This document shows, piece after piece, positions 34,057 through 44,155 of a stretch of DNA of 62,496 bases (positions within the stretch are counted from its first letter, which is position 1; the number at the start of each line of letters is the position of its first letter). The translations under genes were made by a program, and so were the position numbers. Source of the stretch: an uncultured bacterium (GTDB lineage: Bacteria; Desulfobacterota; BSN033; UBA1163); the NCBI GenBank assembly GCA_938045955.1, contig CALIBK010000043.1, positions 1 to 62,496 on the forward strand, written 5' to 3'. Below the pieces are notes generated by a model. It worked only from the letters and a program-made list of their open reading frames with translations, searched no databases and was not told the origin of the DNA.

Positions 34057-35076
34057 ATGGACATCACGATTTTGGGATTAGCCATTCTGGTGGTCGGATT
34101 GATCCTCTTTTTTGATTATTCCAATGGCTTTCATGACTCGGCCAATGTGGTAGCCACCATGATCACGACAGGAGCCCTCTCTCCCAAAAAAGCCCTGCTG
34201 ATGGCGGCGATGGGTGAATTGATCGGCCCTTTCCTTTTTGGGACGGCCGTGGCTGAAACCATTGGGAAAAATATCGTCGACCTCTCATCTTTTGATCCTA
34301 AAACCATGAGCCTTTCGATCCATCTTCTGATTGCGGCCCTGATCGGAGCGATTGCCTGGAATCTCATTACCTGGTTTTTTGGACTTCCCTCCAGTTCATC
34401 TCATGCCCTGATCGGAGGGATGGTAGGCGCCGTTCTGGCCGGCTATGGACCTGAAAAGATCCTATGGAAAGGCCTTTTATATGTCGTTGGGGGATTGATT
34501 CTCTCCCCCCTGGTGGGTCTTCTTTTTGGAGTGCTCTTCTTTAAACTCACAGTTTATCTTGCCCGAGAGGCGACTCCAAAAATAAAAGACCTCTTCAATC
34601 GAATTCAGATTCTATCCTCCCTTGCCCTCTCCCTCAGCCACGGAACCAATGATGCTCAGAAATCAATGGGATTGATCACCCTTTCACTCGTGGTCCTGGG
34701 TTTCTTGCCCACATTTCATATCCCCACCTGGGTGGTGGCCAGCTGTGCTTTCGCCATTGCCTTGGGCACAGCGAGTGGGGGATGGAGAATCATTAGAACT
34801 CTGGGGACAAAGATTTATCGATTAAGAGCACTTCACGCCTTCTGTGCCCAGACCTCCTCAGCGGCAGTCATTCTGGGAGCCGCCCTGTTGGGAGGTCCGG
34901 TTTCTACCACCCATGTCGTCTCTTCGAGTATCATGGGGGTAGGAGCAGGGCAGCGAATCTCAGCGGTCCGCTGGGGGGTTGCGAAAAGCATAATGGTGGC
35001 GTGGTTGATTACGATTCCCGCATCCGGCTTGATCGCTGGACTCAGTTTCTTTCTTATTCGTTTGATCCATTCATGA
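34057..35076 (+). CDS. pit: Inorganic phosphate transporter, PiT family
   Basis: FDYSNGFHDSANVVAT and SLSHGTNDAQKSMG are the duplicated PiT signatures. About 10 TM helices. Confidence 0.9.
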   Translation: MDITILGLAILVVGLILFFDYSNGFHDSANVVATMITTGALSPKKALLMAAMGELIGPFLFGTAVAETIGKNIVDLSSFDPKTMSLSIHLLIAALIGAIAWNLITWFFGLPSSSSHALIGGMVGAVLAGYGPEKILWKGLLYVVGGLILSPLVGLLFGVLFFKLTVYLAREATPKIKDLFNRIQILSSLALSLSHGTNDAQKSMGLITLSLVVLGFLPTFHIPTWVVASCAFAIALGTASGGWRIIRTLGTKIYRLRALHAFCAQTSSAAVILGAALLGGPVSTTHVVSSSIMGVGAGQRISAVRWGVAKSIMVAWLITIPASGLIAGLSFFLIRLIHS

Positions 35077-35146
35077 GGAGCACCTTGGTTCCTCGCAACC
35101 TCTTCCTCTTAAGAGAAAGAGAGGAAAAGGGAGAAGGGAGGAAAAA

Positions 35147-35776
35147 ATGCCATGGGGATTCTTTAAGAAGAAAAAACCATTCTCGAGCGGGGAGGGCCGA
35201 TTCTTTGAAATGCTTTCCCAACAGTCTGCAAAATCGGTGGAAGGATTGGAGGCCCTTTTCCAATACGTGGAAGACGGGTCCCGGGAGAGTGCGAATGCGG
35301 TCCGCAGGATCGAGCGAGAAGCCGATGAATTGAGACGCATCCTGATAGAAGAGCTGGATAGCACCTTTATCACACCCATCGATCGGGAAGACATCTATGC
35401 CCTTTCACGAGCCATTGACGATGTTCTGGATTATGCAAATACGACGGTGGATGAAATGGAGATCTATCAGGTCCAGGGGGATGAACATATCAAAGAAATG
35501 GTGAACATACTCCGAAAGGCAGCCAGAGAGTTAAATGATGCGGTAAAGATCTTAAAGGATTATCCCAAAATCGCATCGGAGCATGCGGTCAAGGCAAAGT
35601 CCTATGAAAACCAGATGGAAAAGGCCTATCACCATGCCCTGGCCGACCTCTTCAAGGGAAGTGATACGATTTATATGTTGAAGATGCGAGAGATCTATCG
35701 TCATCTCAGCAACGCCGCGGATCGGGGAGACGAAGCAGCCAACATCATCTCGAGCATCGTCATGAAACACACCTAA
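35147..35776 (+). CDS. DUF47 / PhoU-like phosphate transport regulator (Pit accessory protein)
   Basis: FF..L......V......L...........I...E..AD..R pattern, IDREDIYALSRAIDDVLD. The usual partner of PiT genes. Confidence 0.8.
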   Translation: MPWGFFKKKKPFSSGEGRFFEMLSQQSAKSVEGLEALFQYVEDGSRESANAVRRIEREADELRRILIEELDSTFITPIDREDIYALSRAIDDVLDYANTTVDEMEIYQVQGDEHIKEMVNILRKAARELNDAVKILKDYPKIASEHAVKAKSYENQMEKAYHHALADLFKGSDTIYMLKMREIYRHLSNAADRGDEAANIISSIVMKHT

Positions 35777-35777
35777 T

Positions 35778-37112
35778 TCATCGCGCTCCATCCCCGAGGA
35801 TCTCACCACGAAGCGAATGGGCTAACCCCTGAGTTATCCTTACCTGGACCAACTCCCCTACCAGATTGGAGTCTCCTCGAAAGTTAACGATCTTATTGGT
35901 TCGAGTCCTTCCCATGAGGTCTTGATCGTTCTGTTTACTTCGCCCCTCGACCAGAACCTCCTCCACCCTTCCCTCATAGGCCTGGTTCTTTCTTAAGGTA
36001 ATCTCTTTTTGTATGGATTGAAGAAGAACAAGGCGTTTCTGCTTTATCTCTTCTTCGACCTGACCGCCAAATGCTTCGGCTCGGGTTCCTTTCCTTGGAG
36101 AATATTTAAAAGAATAGAGATCGTCAAACTGAACTTTTTGGATCAGGGTCAGAGTCTCTTCGAAGTCCTCTTCCTCCTCGCCCGGGAAACCCACGATGAC
36201 GTCCGCAGTAATGGCGATGGATGGACAGACTTCGCGGAGGCGTTCTATCTTCTCAAGATAGGAGGCTCGGCTATACCCTCGATGCATCGCTCTCAGGACC
36301 TTATCCGAGCCTGATTGAAAGGGAAGATGGATATGCTCACAGAGTTTTTCAAGCCTGCCGTAGGCATGGATCAACTCGTCTGAGAGGTCCATCGGATGGG
36401 AGGTCGTAAACCGGATCCGCTCAAGACCCTCGATCTCATTGATTCTCTTGAGAAGCTCAGGAAATCCTATCTCTCCATCCCTTCCCTTTCCATAGGAATT
36501 CACATTTTGACCGAGGAGGCAGACCTCCTTCACTCCTCGCTGAACCAGATGATCTATTTCTCTCAGAATCTCCTGGCTGGGTCGACTCCTTTCTCTTCCC
36601 CTTACATAAGGAACGATACAAAATGAACAGAAATGGTTACACCCCTGCATGATCGTTACATAGGATTTAACCTTTGGAAAATCCTTTATGGGAAGGATGG
36701 TCTCCAGATATTCCTCTCCTTGATCCAGGGACGTCTCACAAACCCTTTCTCCATCCCTCTCCACCCGTTCAATGAGCCGGGGGAGCAGATGAATGGCCTG
36801 AGTGCCGATGACCATATCCAAATAAGGAATGTTCTGAAGGAGTCTCCCTCCCTCTTGCTGGGCAACACATCCTGCCACGGCGAGAATCGTTTTCTTTTTC
36901 TCTTTTAACTTTTTATATCTCCCCAGAGCGCTATAGACCTTATGTTCTGGCTTCTCTCGAACACTACAGGTATTGATGAGAATAAGATCGGCTTTCTCCG
37001 GATTTTGGGTGGGGAGATAGTGGTATCTCTCGAGGAGCCATTTCATCTTCGCCGAGTCGTGCTCATTCATCTGACAGCCATAGGTTTCAAAATAGACAAA
37101 CTTCTCTTTCAT
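35778..37112 (-). CDS. miaB: tRNA-2-methylthio-N6-dimethylallyladenosine synthase
   Basis: FETYGCQMNEHDS, radical-SAM CNHFCSFCIVP, C-terminal TRAM domain. Confidence 0.92.
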   Translation of the reverse strand: MKEKFVYFETYGCQMNEHDSAKMKWLLERYHYLPTQNPEKADLILINTCSVREKPEHKVYSALGRYKKLKEKKKTILAVAGCVAQQEGGRLLQNIPYLDMVIGTQAIHLLPRLIERVERDGERVCETSLDQGEEYLETILPIKDFPKVKSYVTIMQGCNHFCSFCIVPYVRGRERSRPSQEILREIDHLVQRGVKEVCLLGQNVNSYGKGRDGEIGFPELLKRINEIEGLERIRFTTSHPMDLSDELIHAYGRLEKLCEHIHLPFQSGSDKVLRAMHRGYSRASYLEKIERLREVCPSIAITADVIVGFPGEEEEDFEETLTLIQKVQFDDLYSFKYSPRKGTRAEAFGGQVEEEIKQKRLVLLQSIQKEITLRKNQAYEGRVEEVLVEGRSKQNDQDLMGRTRTNKIVNFRGDSNLVGELVQVRITQGLAHSLRGEILGDGAR

Positions 37113-37164
37113 CTCAGTGAAATGGACGGGAGGAACTTCTCTGGTCCGAAATCGAGGAGGAATT

Positions 37165-38265
37165 TCAACTTCTCACTTTAAATCGAGACTCCAGGGTCTT
37201 CATCTTTTCGACAATTCCCCCGTATTCCAGTTCCCCGTATGGCAACATGGCTGCTCCCGAGAATCCCTGTCGTCTCATCTCGGTCGCTTTCTGAGAGACC
37301 CTGTCCCTGACCCAATCCCAGTAAGGATGGTCAAATGCATCTGCAGGTTCGGTCAGCTTCCCCTCATGAACACAAAAGGCATGACAGGCAACGATCGGTG
37401 GACCATCAAAGAAAGAGATGGTTGAGTTAATCTTAACCGGCATCAGGGGTCCGGTATGACTTCCCCTCATGAATCCAGCCACATAATGGCCAATATTGAA
37501 TGGAGCCAAAACCTCTCCGGTAGCGGGAAAAGCCCCCTGAACCCGGACGAGCATCACCGGATCATCTTTTCCGGTATATTTTCCTGCAATATTATGAAGG
37601 CGTGTGGTGCTGACGGCTGCAGCGATCTCTCCGGTGTTCCTGGAATAGATCGCCTCGATGACAAACCGTTGATTATCTCTCAGGAGGGCCGCGATGTCAT
37701 AGAGTTCCTCCGGGGCATTCAGTTCAATGACCCGATCTCCCTCCGTATAATTGACATCCATAATGATAAATCGAAACCCCTTGTTCATGGAAGGGCTTAA
37801 GATGAGCCCTGCATTATACATCGGGTCTGCAAAAGCCAGATAGAGAGGAAGATTATAGGCTCCGGGATCGGTTTTATCTGCCGCAAAAAATAGAAAAGGT
37901 TCGTTGGGCCTCTCTTCAAACTCCATCTCGGCAACGGCAGGGCCCATCCCCTTCACATTTCCAGAAAAGGAGTCCTTCAGGAGGTCTTGCCCTGCCCCAT
38001 AGAGCCCCTGCGATTTCGCTACCTTTGTCCCTGCCACGAAGGCATCCCATGCCAGGCCATGCACCTTTTCATTCCCCTTTCCCAGGGTGTGAGAGAAGAG
38101 AATGGCAATATCATCCCCTGTGTGACTCACATAAAAATCGTTTATGATTCCCTTTCCTTTTTCTGCCACATAATTCCGTACGGCTTCGACCAACCGTTCA
38201 CTGGGACGAATGTGGCCCCCGATGCTTCCAACATCTGCCTTAATTACACTGAGCGTCGTTCTCAT
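37165..38265 (-). CDS. fbp: Bifunctional fructose-1,6-bisphosphate aldolase/phosphatase (class V FBPase)
   Basis: Part of ORF 37165..38310. The ATG at 38265 has AAGGAG 6 nt upstream. MRTTLSVIKADVGSIGGH..PS is the characteristic N-terminus. About 366 aa. Confidence 0.88.
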   Translation of the reverse strand: MRTTLSVIKADVGSIGGHIRPSERLVEAVRNYVAEKGKGIINDFYVSHTGDDIAILFSHTLGKGNEKVHGLAWDAFVAGTKVAKSQGLYGAGQDLLKDSFSGNVKGMGPAVAEMEFEERPNEPFLFFAADKTDPGAYNLPLYLAFADPMYNAGLILSPSMNKGFRFIIMDVNYTEGDRVIELNAPEELYDIAALLRDNQRFVIEAIYSRNTGEIAAAVSTTRLHNIAGKYTGKDDPVMLVRVQGAFPATGEVLAPFNIGHYVAGFMRGSHTGPLMPVKINSTISFFDGPPIVACHAFCVHEGKLTEPADAFDHPYWDWVRDRVSQKATEMRRQGFSGAAMLPYGELEYGGIVEKMKTLESRFKVRS

Positions 38266-38297
38266 GGTCTTCTCCTTTGATATGTGGAATTTTGCTA

Positions 38298-39053
38298 TTA
38301 TATCTTCCATCTTTTTAATTTCGAGAGCGAACCATAATTGGTTAAGTCGAGATGAAGGGGAGTAATTGAAATATAACCATTTTGAACGGCTTCCACATCC
38401 GTATTCTTCTTTTTGGTAAAGACAAGTTCTCCCCCTCCAATCCAGTAGTACCTCTTTCCTCTCGGATCCACCTTCTCCACAACCGCGTTCCCATTATGAA
38501 CCCATCTCCCTTGCTCTGTAATCTTATAGGATTTAATCTCCTTCTCTTTTAGATTTGGGACATTGATATTGAGGAGGGTATCTTTGGGGAGTCCATATTT
38601 GAGAATGGCCCGGGCCACCCGAACCGCAAAACGGGCTGCTGTCTGGAAATGAAAGTGAGTCCTTGAAACCAGAGAGATCGCAAAGGATGGGATCCCCAAA
38701 AGGGTTCCCTCAAAAGCCGCTGAAACGGTCCCAGAATAGGTCACATCGTCTCCTAAGTTTCCTCCCTTGTTAATTCCAGAAGCAATCAGTTTGGGCCTTT
38801 CTGGAAGAATGGCATTCACTCCAAGATGGATACAATCCGCGGGCGTTCCATCCACCGCATAGACATTCTTTTTTATCTTTTCCACCCGGAGAGGCCGATG
38901 GAGGGTCAGGGAATGGGCAATGGCACTCTCTTCTCGATCCGGGGCAACGATATAAACCTCCCCCACCTCTTGGAGGGCTTTAGCCAAGACCTGAATTCCA
39001 TCCGAATGAATTCCATCGTCATTCGTAACCAGAATCGTGGGACGGTTTTCCAT
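38298..39053 (-). CDS. surE: 5'/3'-nucleotidase SurE
   Basis: ILVTNDDGI.S.GI..L; GTPADC; SGIN.G.N.G.D..YSGTV.AA.EG. Confidence 0.92.
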   Translation of the reverse strand: MENRPTILVTNDDGIHSDGIQVLAKALQEVGEVYIVAPDREESAIAHSLTLHRPLRVEKIKKNVYAVDGTPADCIHLGVNAILPERPKLIASGINKGGNLGDDVTYSGTVSAAFEGTLLGIPSFAISLVSRTHFHFQTAARFAVRVARAILKYGLPKDTLLNINVPNLKEKEIKSYKITEQGRWVHNGNAVVEKVDPRGKRYYWIGGGELVFTKKKNTDVEAVQNGYISITPLHLDLTNYGSLSKLKRWKI

Positions 39054-39072
39054 CGTTTAATGATAAAGAGGC

Positions 39073-39149
<77 letters not shown>

Positions 39150-39217
39150 AATTTTATTTTGTTTATTAATATAGTCAATTTCGATGAAAAAGTCCAGATC
39201 GTTTTCTTTCTCCCCTT

Positions 39218-39643
39218 TCAACCCAACATCTTTCGAATTCCGTTGAGCTCCTCCCGAATACTGATCAGCAACTCATGATCTTTTCCATTGGTCGGTTTTT
39301 TCGCCTCTTGAGGTTTTCCTTTTTTGACTCCCTCTTTCTCCATATCTCTGATCTTTTTTCTCGCTCCAGCAATTGTAAAACCCTCTTCATAAAGGAGCTT
39401 TTTGATTTTTAAGATTAACTCCAGATCTTTCTTTCGGTATAAACGCTGAAGGGAACTCCCCTTATGGGGTTTAATCATTTTGAATTCGGATTCCCAGTAC
39501 CGGAGGACATGGGGTTTGATCCCGGTAATCCGGCTGACCTCCCCGATCCGATAATAAAGTCGATCTTCGGATGGAGTTAAAATCTCCCGTTTCTTGGATA
39601 CTCTCGGCACGGGATGAATCTCCTTTTCCATCTGCCGGTCCAA
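39218..39643 (-). CDS. MerR-family transcriptional regulator
   Basis: YYRIGEVSRITGIKPHVLRYWESEF....P.K..S..R.Y...D is the MerR HTH. It lies downstream of ihfA, as in many genomes. Confidence 0.8.
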   Translation of the reverse strand: MDRQMEKEIHPVPRVSKKREILTPSEDRLYYRIGEVSRITGIKPHVLRYWESEFKMIKPHKGSSLQRLYRKKDLELILKIKKLLYEEGFTIAGARKKIRDMEKEGVKKGKPQEAKKPTNGKDHELLISIREELNGIRKMLG

Positions 39644-39660
39644 TTGCGACAGCCTTTAGT

Positions 39661-39969
39661 TTAGACCTGAGAGGATTCCGAAGGAGGGGTCTCTTTCCGA
39701 TTGATGGCCGCCTTTAGAACCTGGCTGGGTTTGAATGTCAAAATTCTTCGAGGGGTGATTTGGATATCATCTCCAGTCTGTGGGTTTCGTCCCCTTCTCG
39801 CTCTCTTGTTTCGAACAACAAAATTTCCAAACCCTGAGATCTTGATCTTGTCTTCCCTGGTAAGGTGTTCCTTCATAATATCAAAGATCGTCTCCACAAT
39901 CTTGGCCACCTCTTTCTTGGAAAAACCCACTTTCTCATAAATAGCCTCGATGATATCAATCTTCGTCAT
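39661..39969 (-). CDS. ihfA: Integration host factor subunit alpha / HU-family DNA-binding protein
   Basis: MTK.D....I.........K.......E..F......L......I..SGFG.F.VR.K..R.GRNP.TG..I.I..R.V..FK.S. It follows pheT. Confidence 0.85.
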   Translation of the reverse strand: MTKIDIIEAIYEKVGFSKKEVAKIVETIFDIMKEHLTREDKIKISGFGNFVVRNKRARRGRNPQTGDDIQITPRRILTFKPSQVLKAAINRKETPPSESSQV

Positions 39970-39997
39970 GCCCTCCTTCCTCCTTTCATTGAGATCT

Positions 39998-42406
39998 TTA
40001 TTGTCTCAGTTCTGCTTTTAATACTTCCCTTAAATGGGAGATCACCTTCCCTATGGAGTGATTCACCTCCTCATCCGTCAGGGTCCGATCAGGAGCCTGA
40101 TATCGAATTCGATAGGAGAGTCCTTTCTTTCCTGCCGGGATGGGGGCCCCCCGATAGACATCAAATAGATGGATCTCATGGATAAAGGGTTCCTGGAGGG
40201 ACCAGATGGCCTCCCGGATTCTCTCAACTTCCAGTTGTTCATCTACCACAATTGAGAGGTCTCTGTAAATAGCTGGATATTTTGGCAAGGGATTAAACTT
40301 TCTTTCCTCCTTCGCATGAACCACCAACTTTTCAAACGGAATCTCAAAGAGGTAGGCTCTGGTTGGAATCTCAAAATGAGCAAGGACCCGGGGATGGACC
40401 TCTCCTAAAACCCCTATGGAGTCCCTTCCAACGATAATCATAGAGGCCCGACCAGGATGAAGATAGGGGATCTCCTCTGTCGGGATAAACTGAACATCCT
40501 CGATTCCTAAAACCCCAAAAAGGGTTTCCAGAAGGCCTTTAACGTCGTAAAAATCAATGGATCGCTGGAGGAAGGCCCAATGGGGGTCTCGATCCATTCC
40601 CATGGCTAATCCGGCAAGATAGGTCACCTCTTCTGGAAGGGGTCTTCCTTGTTTCGGAAAGTAGACCTTCCGGAGTTCGAAAATTTTCAGGTTTAAATTT
40701 TTTCTATAGAGGTTATATCGGGCTGTCTCTAAAAGTCCTGGAATCAAAGAGGTTCTCATGACCGAGGTCTCTTCACTGAGAGGATTGAGGATTCGAACCA
40801 TATTCCTTCGCGGATCCTCCGGGGGAAGCCCTATTCCATTCAGGGTGGAGGGAGAGGTAAAACTATATGAAATGATTTCATGGTAACCATGAAGGATCAG
40901 AGTCTCATAAATCTTCTTTTCGACAAAGGTGCTTTTCTTCTTTTCCCTCACCGATGGAGGACCCTTCGGGAGAGTGGAAGGGATCTTTTCATATCCCTCC
41001 AATCGTGCTACCTCTTCAATCAGATCGATCTCTCTTTCAAGATCCCTTCGAAAGGAGGGAGTGAGGACTCTCCATCGATTCTCCTCCGTTTGATCGACCT
41101 GGAGTTCCAAATTCTCTAAAAAGATTCTGATCCTCTCATTTGGAATCTCCATTCCTAAGAAGCTCCTGACTCTTTCAGGGTTTAACTCAATCAAACGATT
41201 TGGAATGGGTTTAGGATAGACATCCAAGGCTCCCTCAATGACTCTTCCCCCTGCCAACTCCTGAATTAACTGGGCGGCTCGGTTGGCCACCTTCAGACAA
41301 CCTCCATAGTCGATCCCCCGACCAAACCGGTAAGCCGCTTCGGTTTCAAGGCCGAGCTTCTTGGAGGTCCTACGGTTATTGGTAGGATGAAAATAAGCAC
41401 TCTCCAAGAGAATGACCTTTGTATCTTCCTGGATCTCTGAATTCAGACCCCCCATCACTCCGGCGATGGCCACGGGCTTTACCCCATCACAAATCATGAG
41501 CATCTCTTCATCCAGAACTCTCTTGACCCCGTCCAGTGTCACAAACTCCTCCCCAGCCTTCGCCCTCCGAACCACTATTCTTCTTTCCTCCAATCTTTCG
41601 AAATCAAAGGCATGAAGGGGCTGTCCATATTCCATCATCACATAATTAGTCACATCCACCACATTATTGATCGACCGAATCCCTACCTTCTCCAAACGAT
41701 CTTTGATCCAGAAGGGAGAGGGACCAATCCTGACCCCCTCAATCATCCTGACTACATAACGGGGGCAGAGATCTGGATCCTCAAGGGTGACAGAGGTCCT
41801 ACGGTAGATCTCCCCTCCCTCTGAAGGTAAGGAAGAGACTGGATATTTTACCTTTTGTTGGGTGAGGGCCGCAATCTCCCTTGCAATCCCGAGGATACAT
41901 AGACAATCGGGTCGATTAGGAGTAATGTTTATATCTAAGATCGTATCTTTTAACCCCAAGGCTTCTGCTAAATTGGCCCCTAAGGGGGCGTTGGAGTCAA
42001 GGATCATAATTCCAGAGGCATCCTGACCCAATCCAAGTTCTATCTCGGAACAGAGCATTCCTTCGGAAATCTCCCCTCTGATTTTAGATCTCTTAATCTC
42101 CATTCCGTTAGGGAGCCGTGCTCCCGGCAATGCCAGAGGAACTCTTTGACCCTCCCGAATGTTGGTTGCCCCACAAACAATAGAAAACCTTTTATCCAAT
42201 GTTCTCAGTTGAACCAATGAAAGTCGATCTGCGTTTGGATGTTTTTGAATGGAATCGATCTCTGCAACCACGATCTTATTAAAACCTTCCCCGACCGAGG
42301 AGACCCCTTCTACTTCAAGCCCTGCCATGGTCAGAAGGTGGACAAGTTCATCGATTCCCATGGGAATCTCAACGTAATCCTTAAGCCAGTTCAAACTTGC
42401 CTTCAT
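39998..42406 (-). CDS. pheT: Phenylalanine--tRNA ligase beta subunit
   Basis: MK.SLNWLK.Y N-terminus, tRNA-binding domain, B3/4, B5 and FDX-ACB domains. 802 aa. Confidence 0.94.
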   Translation of the reverse strand: MKASLNWLKDYVEIPMGIDELVHLLTMAGLEVEGVSSVGEGFNKIVVAEIDSIQKHPNADRLSLVQLRTLDKRFSIVCGATNIREGQRVPLALPGARLPNGMEIKRSKIRGEISEGMLCSEIELGLGQDASGIMILDSNAPLGANLAEALGLKDTILDINITPNRPDCLCILGIAREIAALTQQKVKYPVSSLPSEGGEIYRRTSVTLEDPDLCPRYVVRMIEGVRIGPSPFWIKDRLEKVGIRSINNVVDVTNYVMMEYGQPLHAFDFERLEERRIVVRRAKAGEEFVTLDGVKRVLDEEMLMICDGVKPVAIAGVMGGLNSEIQEDTKVILLESAYFHPTNNRRTSKKLGLETEAAYRFGRGIDYGGCLKVANRAAQLIQELAGGRVIEGALDVYPKPIPNRLIELNPERVRSFLGMEIPNERIRIFLENLELQVDQTEENRWRVLTPSFRRDLEREIDLIEEVARLEGYEKIPSTLPKGPPSVREKKKSTFVEKKIYETLILHGYHEIISYSFTSPSTLNGIGLPPEDPRRNMVRILNPLSEETSVMRTSLIPGLLETARYNLYRKNLNLKIFELRKVYFPKQGRPLPEEVTYLAGLAMGMDRDPHWAFLQRSIDFYDVKGLLETLFGVLGIEDVQFIPTEEIPYLHPGRASMIIVGRDSIGVLGEVHPRVLAHFEIPTRAYLFEIPFEKLVVHAKEERKFNPLPKYPAIYRDLSIVVDEQLEVERIREAIWSLQEPFIHEIHLFDVYRGAPIPAGKKGLSYRIRYQAPDRTLTDEEVNHSIGKVISHLREVLKAELRQ

Positions 42407-42460
42407 CGTGATTGAGTTAGGTCTTAGAATATGAAATCAGGAATTCCCGTTTTCGAAACT

Positions 42461-43486
42461 CTAAAATTGTCTTAAGAATCTCAAATCGTTTGTAAAGAAA
42501 AGCCGAATATCATTGATTCCAAATTTCAACATGGCAATCCGCTCAATACCCATTCCAAAGGCAAAACCACTCACCTCATCAGGATCGTAGTTGACGAATT
42601 GATAGACGGCCGGGTCAACCATTCCTGAACCCAGAATCTCCAGCCATCCGGTTTGTCCGCAAACCCCGCATCCCTTTCCCTTACAGATGAAACATTCGAT
42701 ATCGATCTCGGCACTTGGTTCCGTAAAAGGGAAAAAGCTGGGTCTAAATCGAAGTCTGGTCTCTTTGCCAAACATCTCATGAACGAAGGCAGTCAAGACC
42801 CCTTTGAGATCGGCGAAAGTCACCCCCCGATCCACCAGAAGGCCTTCGACCTGATGAAACATTGGCGAATGGGTGGGATCCGAATCACAGCGATAAACTG
42901 CCCCTGGGCAGATGATCCGCACAGGAGGTCGCTTTTTCTCCATGGTCCGAACCTGAACTGGAGAGGTATGGGTTCTCAGGACAACTTCGTCGGAGATGAA
43001 AAAGGTGGCTTGCATCTCCCTCGCAGGATGCCCCTTCGGGATATTGAGGGCCTCGAAATTATAATAATCGAGTTCAATCTCTGGTCCCTCCACCACCTCA
43101 AACCCTAAGTGGTTAAAGATATCCACAATCTCCTCGAGGACTTGAGTCAAAGGATGCCTTCTCCCCAGGGGAAGTCCCCTTCCAGGAAGCGTCACATCGA
43201 GTTTCTCTTTTAGAAAGGCTTCTTCTCTTTCCTTCTCCTCAATTCTCTGGAGGGCCTCTTCTATTTTTCCTTCAAGCTCCTTTTTAATCTCATTGGCCTT
43301 CTTTCCCGTCTCTCTCCTCTCAGATTCTGGAAGGGATCCTAACTGTTTGAGGACCTGGGTTAAACTCCCCTTCTTTCCCAGGATTTGAACTCGAACCTCC
43401 TGGACCTCTCTTTGGGTAGAGGCCTTAGAGAGGGAATCCAGAGCTTCCCGATAGATTCGTTCAAGGATTTCTCTCAAAGATTCCAT
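42461..43486 (-). CDS. pheS: Phenylalanine--tRNA ligase alpha subunit
   Basis: HPL....E.I..F...GF; RTHTSPVQ.R; FRPS.FPFTEPS.E.D. Class II motifs. Confidence 0.94.
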   Translation of the reverse strand: MESLREILERIYREALDSLSKASTQREVQEVRVQILGKKGSLTQVLKQLGSLPESERRETGKKANEIKKELEGKIEEALQRIEEKEREEAFLKEKLDVTLPGRGLPLGRRHPLTQVLEEIVDIFNHLGFEVVEGPEIELDYYNFEALNIPKGHPAREMQATFFISDEVVLRTHTSPVQVRTMEKKRPPVRIICPGAVYRCDSDPTHSPMFHQVEGLLVDRGVTFADLKGVLTAFVHEMFGKETRLRFRPSFFPFTEPSAEIDIECFICKGKGCGVCGQTGWLEILGSGMVDPAVYQFVNYDPDEVSGFAFGMGIERIAMLKFGINDIRLFFTNDLRFLRQF

Positions 43487-43501
43487 CCTCTTTCGAAAAT
43501 T

Positions 43502-43858
43502 CTAAGGGAGCCCTGATTTGGCCATCTCTGCAATTTTGGAGAAGGCCGTGGGATCGCTGACGGCCAATTCGGCTAAGACTTTTCGATCCAGCTCCACGTG
43601 GGCCTTCTTTAATGTATTCATTAACCGACTGTAGGAAAGACCATGAAGTCGGGCCGCTGCATTGATGCGAGCAATCCAGAGTCTTCGAAAATCCCTCTTT
43701 CGAGCTCGACGATGCCGGTAGGCATATGCAAGGGCCCGGTGAACTGCATCCACAGCAGTCCGATAGAGTCTACTTCTTCCTCCCACATAGCCCTTGGCCA
43801 TCTTTAGAACCTTCTTTCTTCTTTTCCTCGTTTTTGGTCCACCCTTGACTCTTGCCAT
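43502..43858 (-). CDS. rplT: 50S ribosomal protein L20
   Basis: MARVKGG...R.RRKK.LK.AKGY.G.RS.L.R.A. 118 aa. Confidence 0.95.
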   Translation of the reverse strand: MARVKGGPKTRKRRKKVLKMAKGYVGGRSRLYRTAVDAVHRALAYAYRHRRARKRDFRRLWIARINAAARLHGLSYSRLMNTLKKAHVELDRKVLAELAVSDPTAFSKIAEMAKSGLP

Positions 43859-43931
43859 ATGTTGATGCTCCTTCCATCATGATAGATTTATCCTGATCCC
43901 CTATGTTGACCCTTCTCCCCTTTATCAAATC

Positions 43932-44129
43932 CTAAGCATAGGGAAGTAGTCGTTTTACCCCCTTCTGGTCAGCAGGAGAAACGAAGGTAGGTGTCCGTAA
44001 ACTTCTCTTCCGATTAGAAGATTTTTTGGTTAAAATATGCCTGGCAAAGGCTCTCTTTGCCTTTATTTTCCCTGTAGCAGTTTTTTTAAATCGTTTTGCT
44101 GCACCCCGATTCGTCTTTAATTTCGGCAC
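43932..44129 (-). CDS. rpmI: 50S ribosomal protein L35
   Basis: [18 protein letters not shown]...A...H.L..K. 65 aa. Confidence 0.95.
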   Translation of the reverse strand: MPKLKTNRGAAKRFKKTATGKIKAKRAFARHILTKKSSNRKRSLRTPTFVSPADQKGVKRLLPYA

Positions 44130-44155
44130 GCTATTCTCCTTTCAAAGTATTTAAA

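Noticed and set aside
39150-39185. TTGACT-16-TAAAAT as the promoter for tRNA-Pro.
   Set aside because: The -10-like hexamer ends 1 nt before the mature tRNA 5' end, so the predicted start site would fall inside the acceptor stem. The geometry is inconsistent with a tRNA promoter.
42441-42460. GGAATTCCCGTTTTCGAAAC between pheT and pheS as another dRS3-like hairpin.
   Set aside because: Only the left half (ATTCCCGTTTTC) matches the 62165 hairpin, and there is no complementary GGGAAT arm. It is too short to distinguish from chance and is mentioned only as a possible relic.
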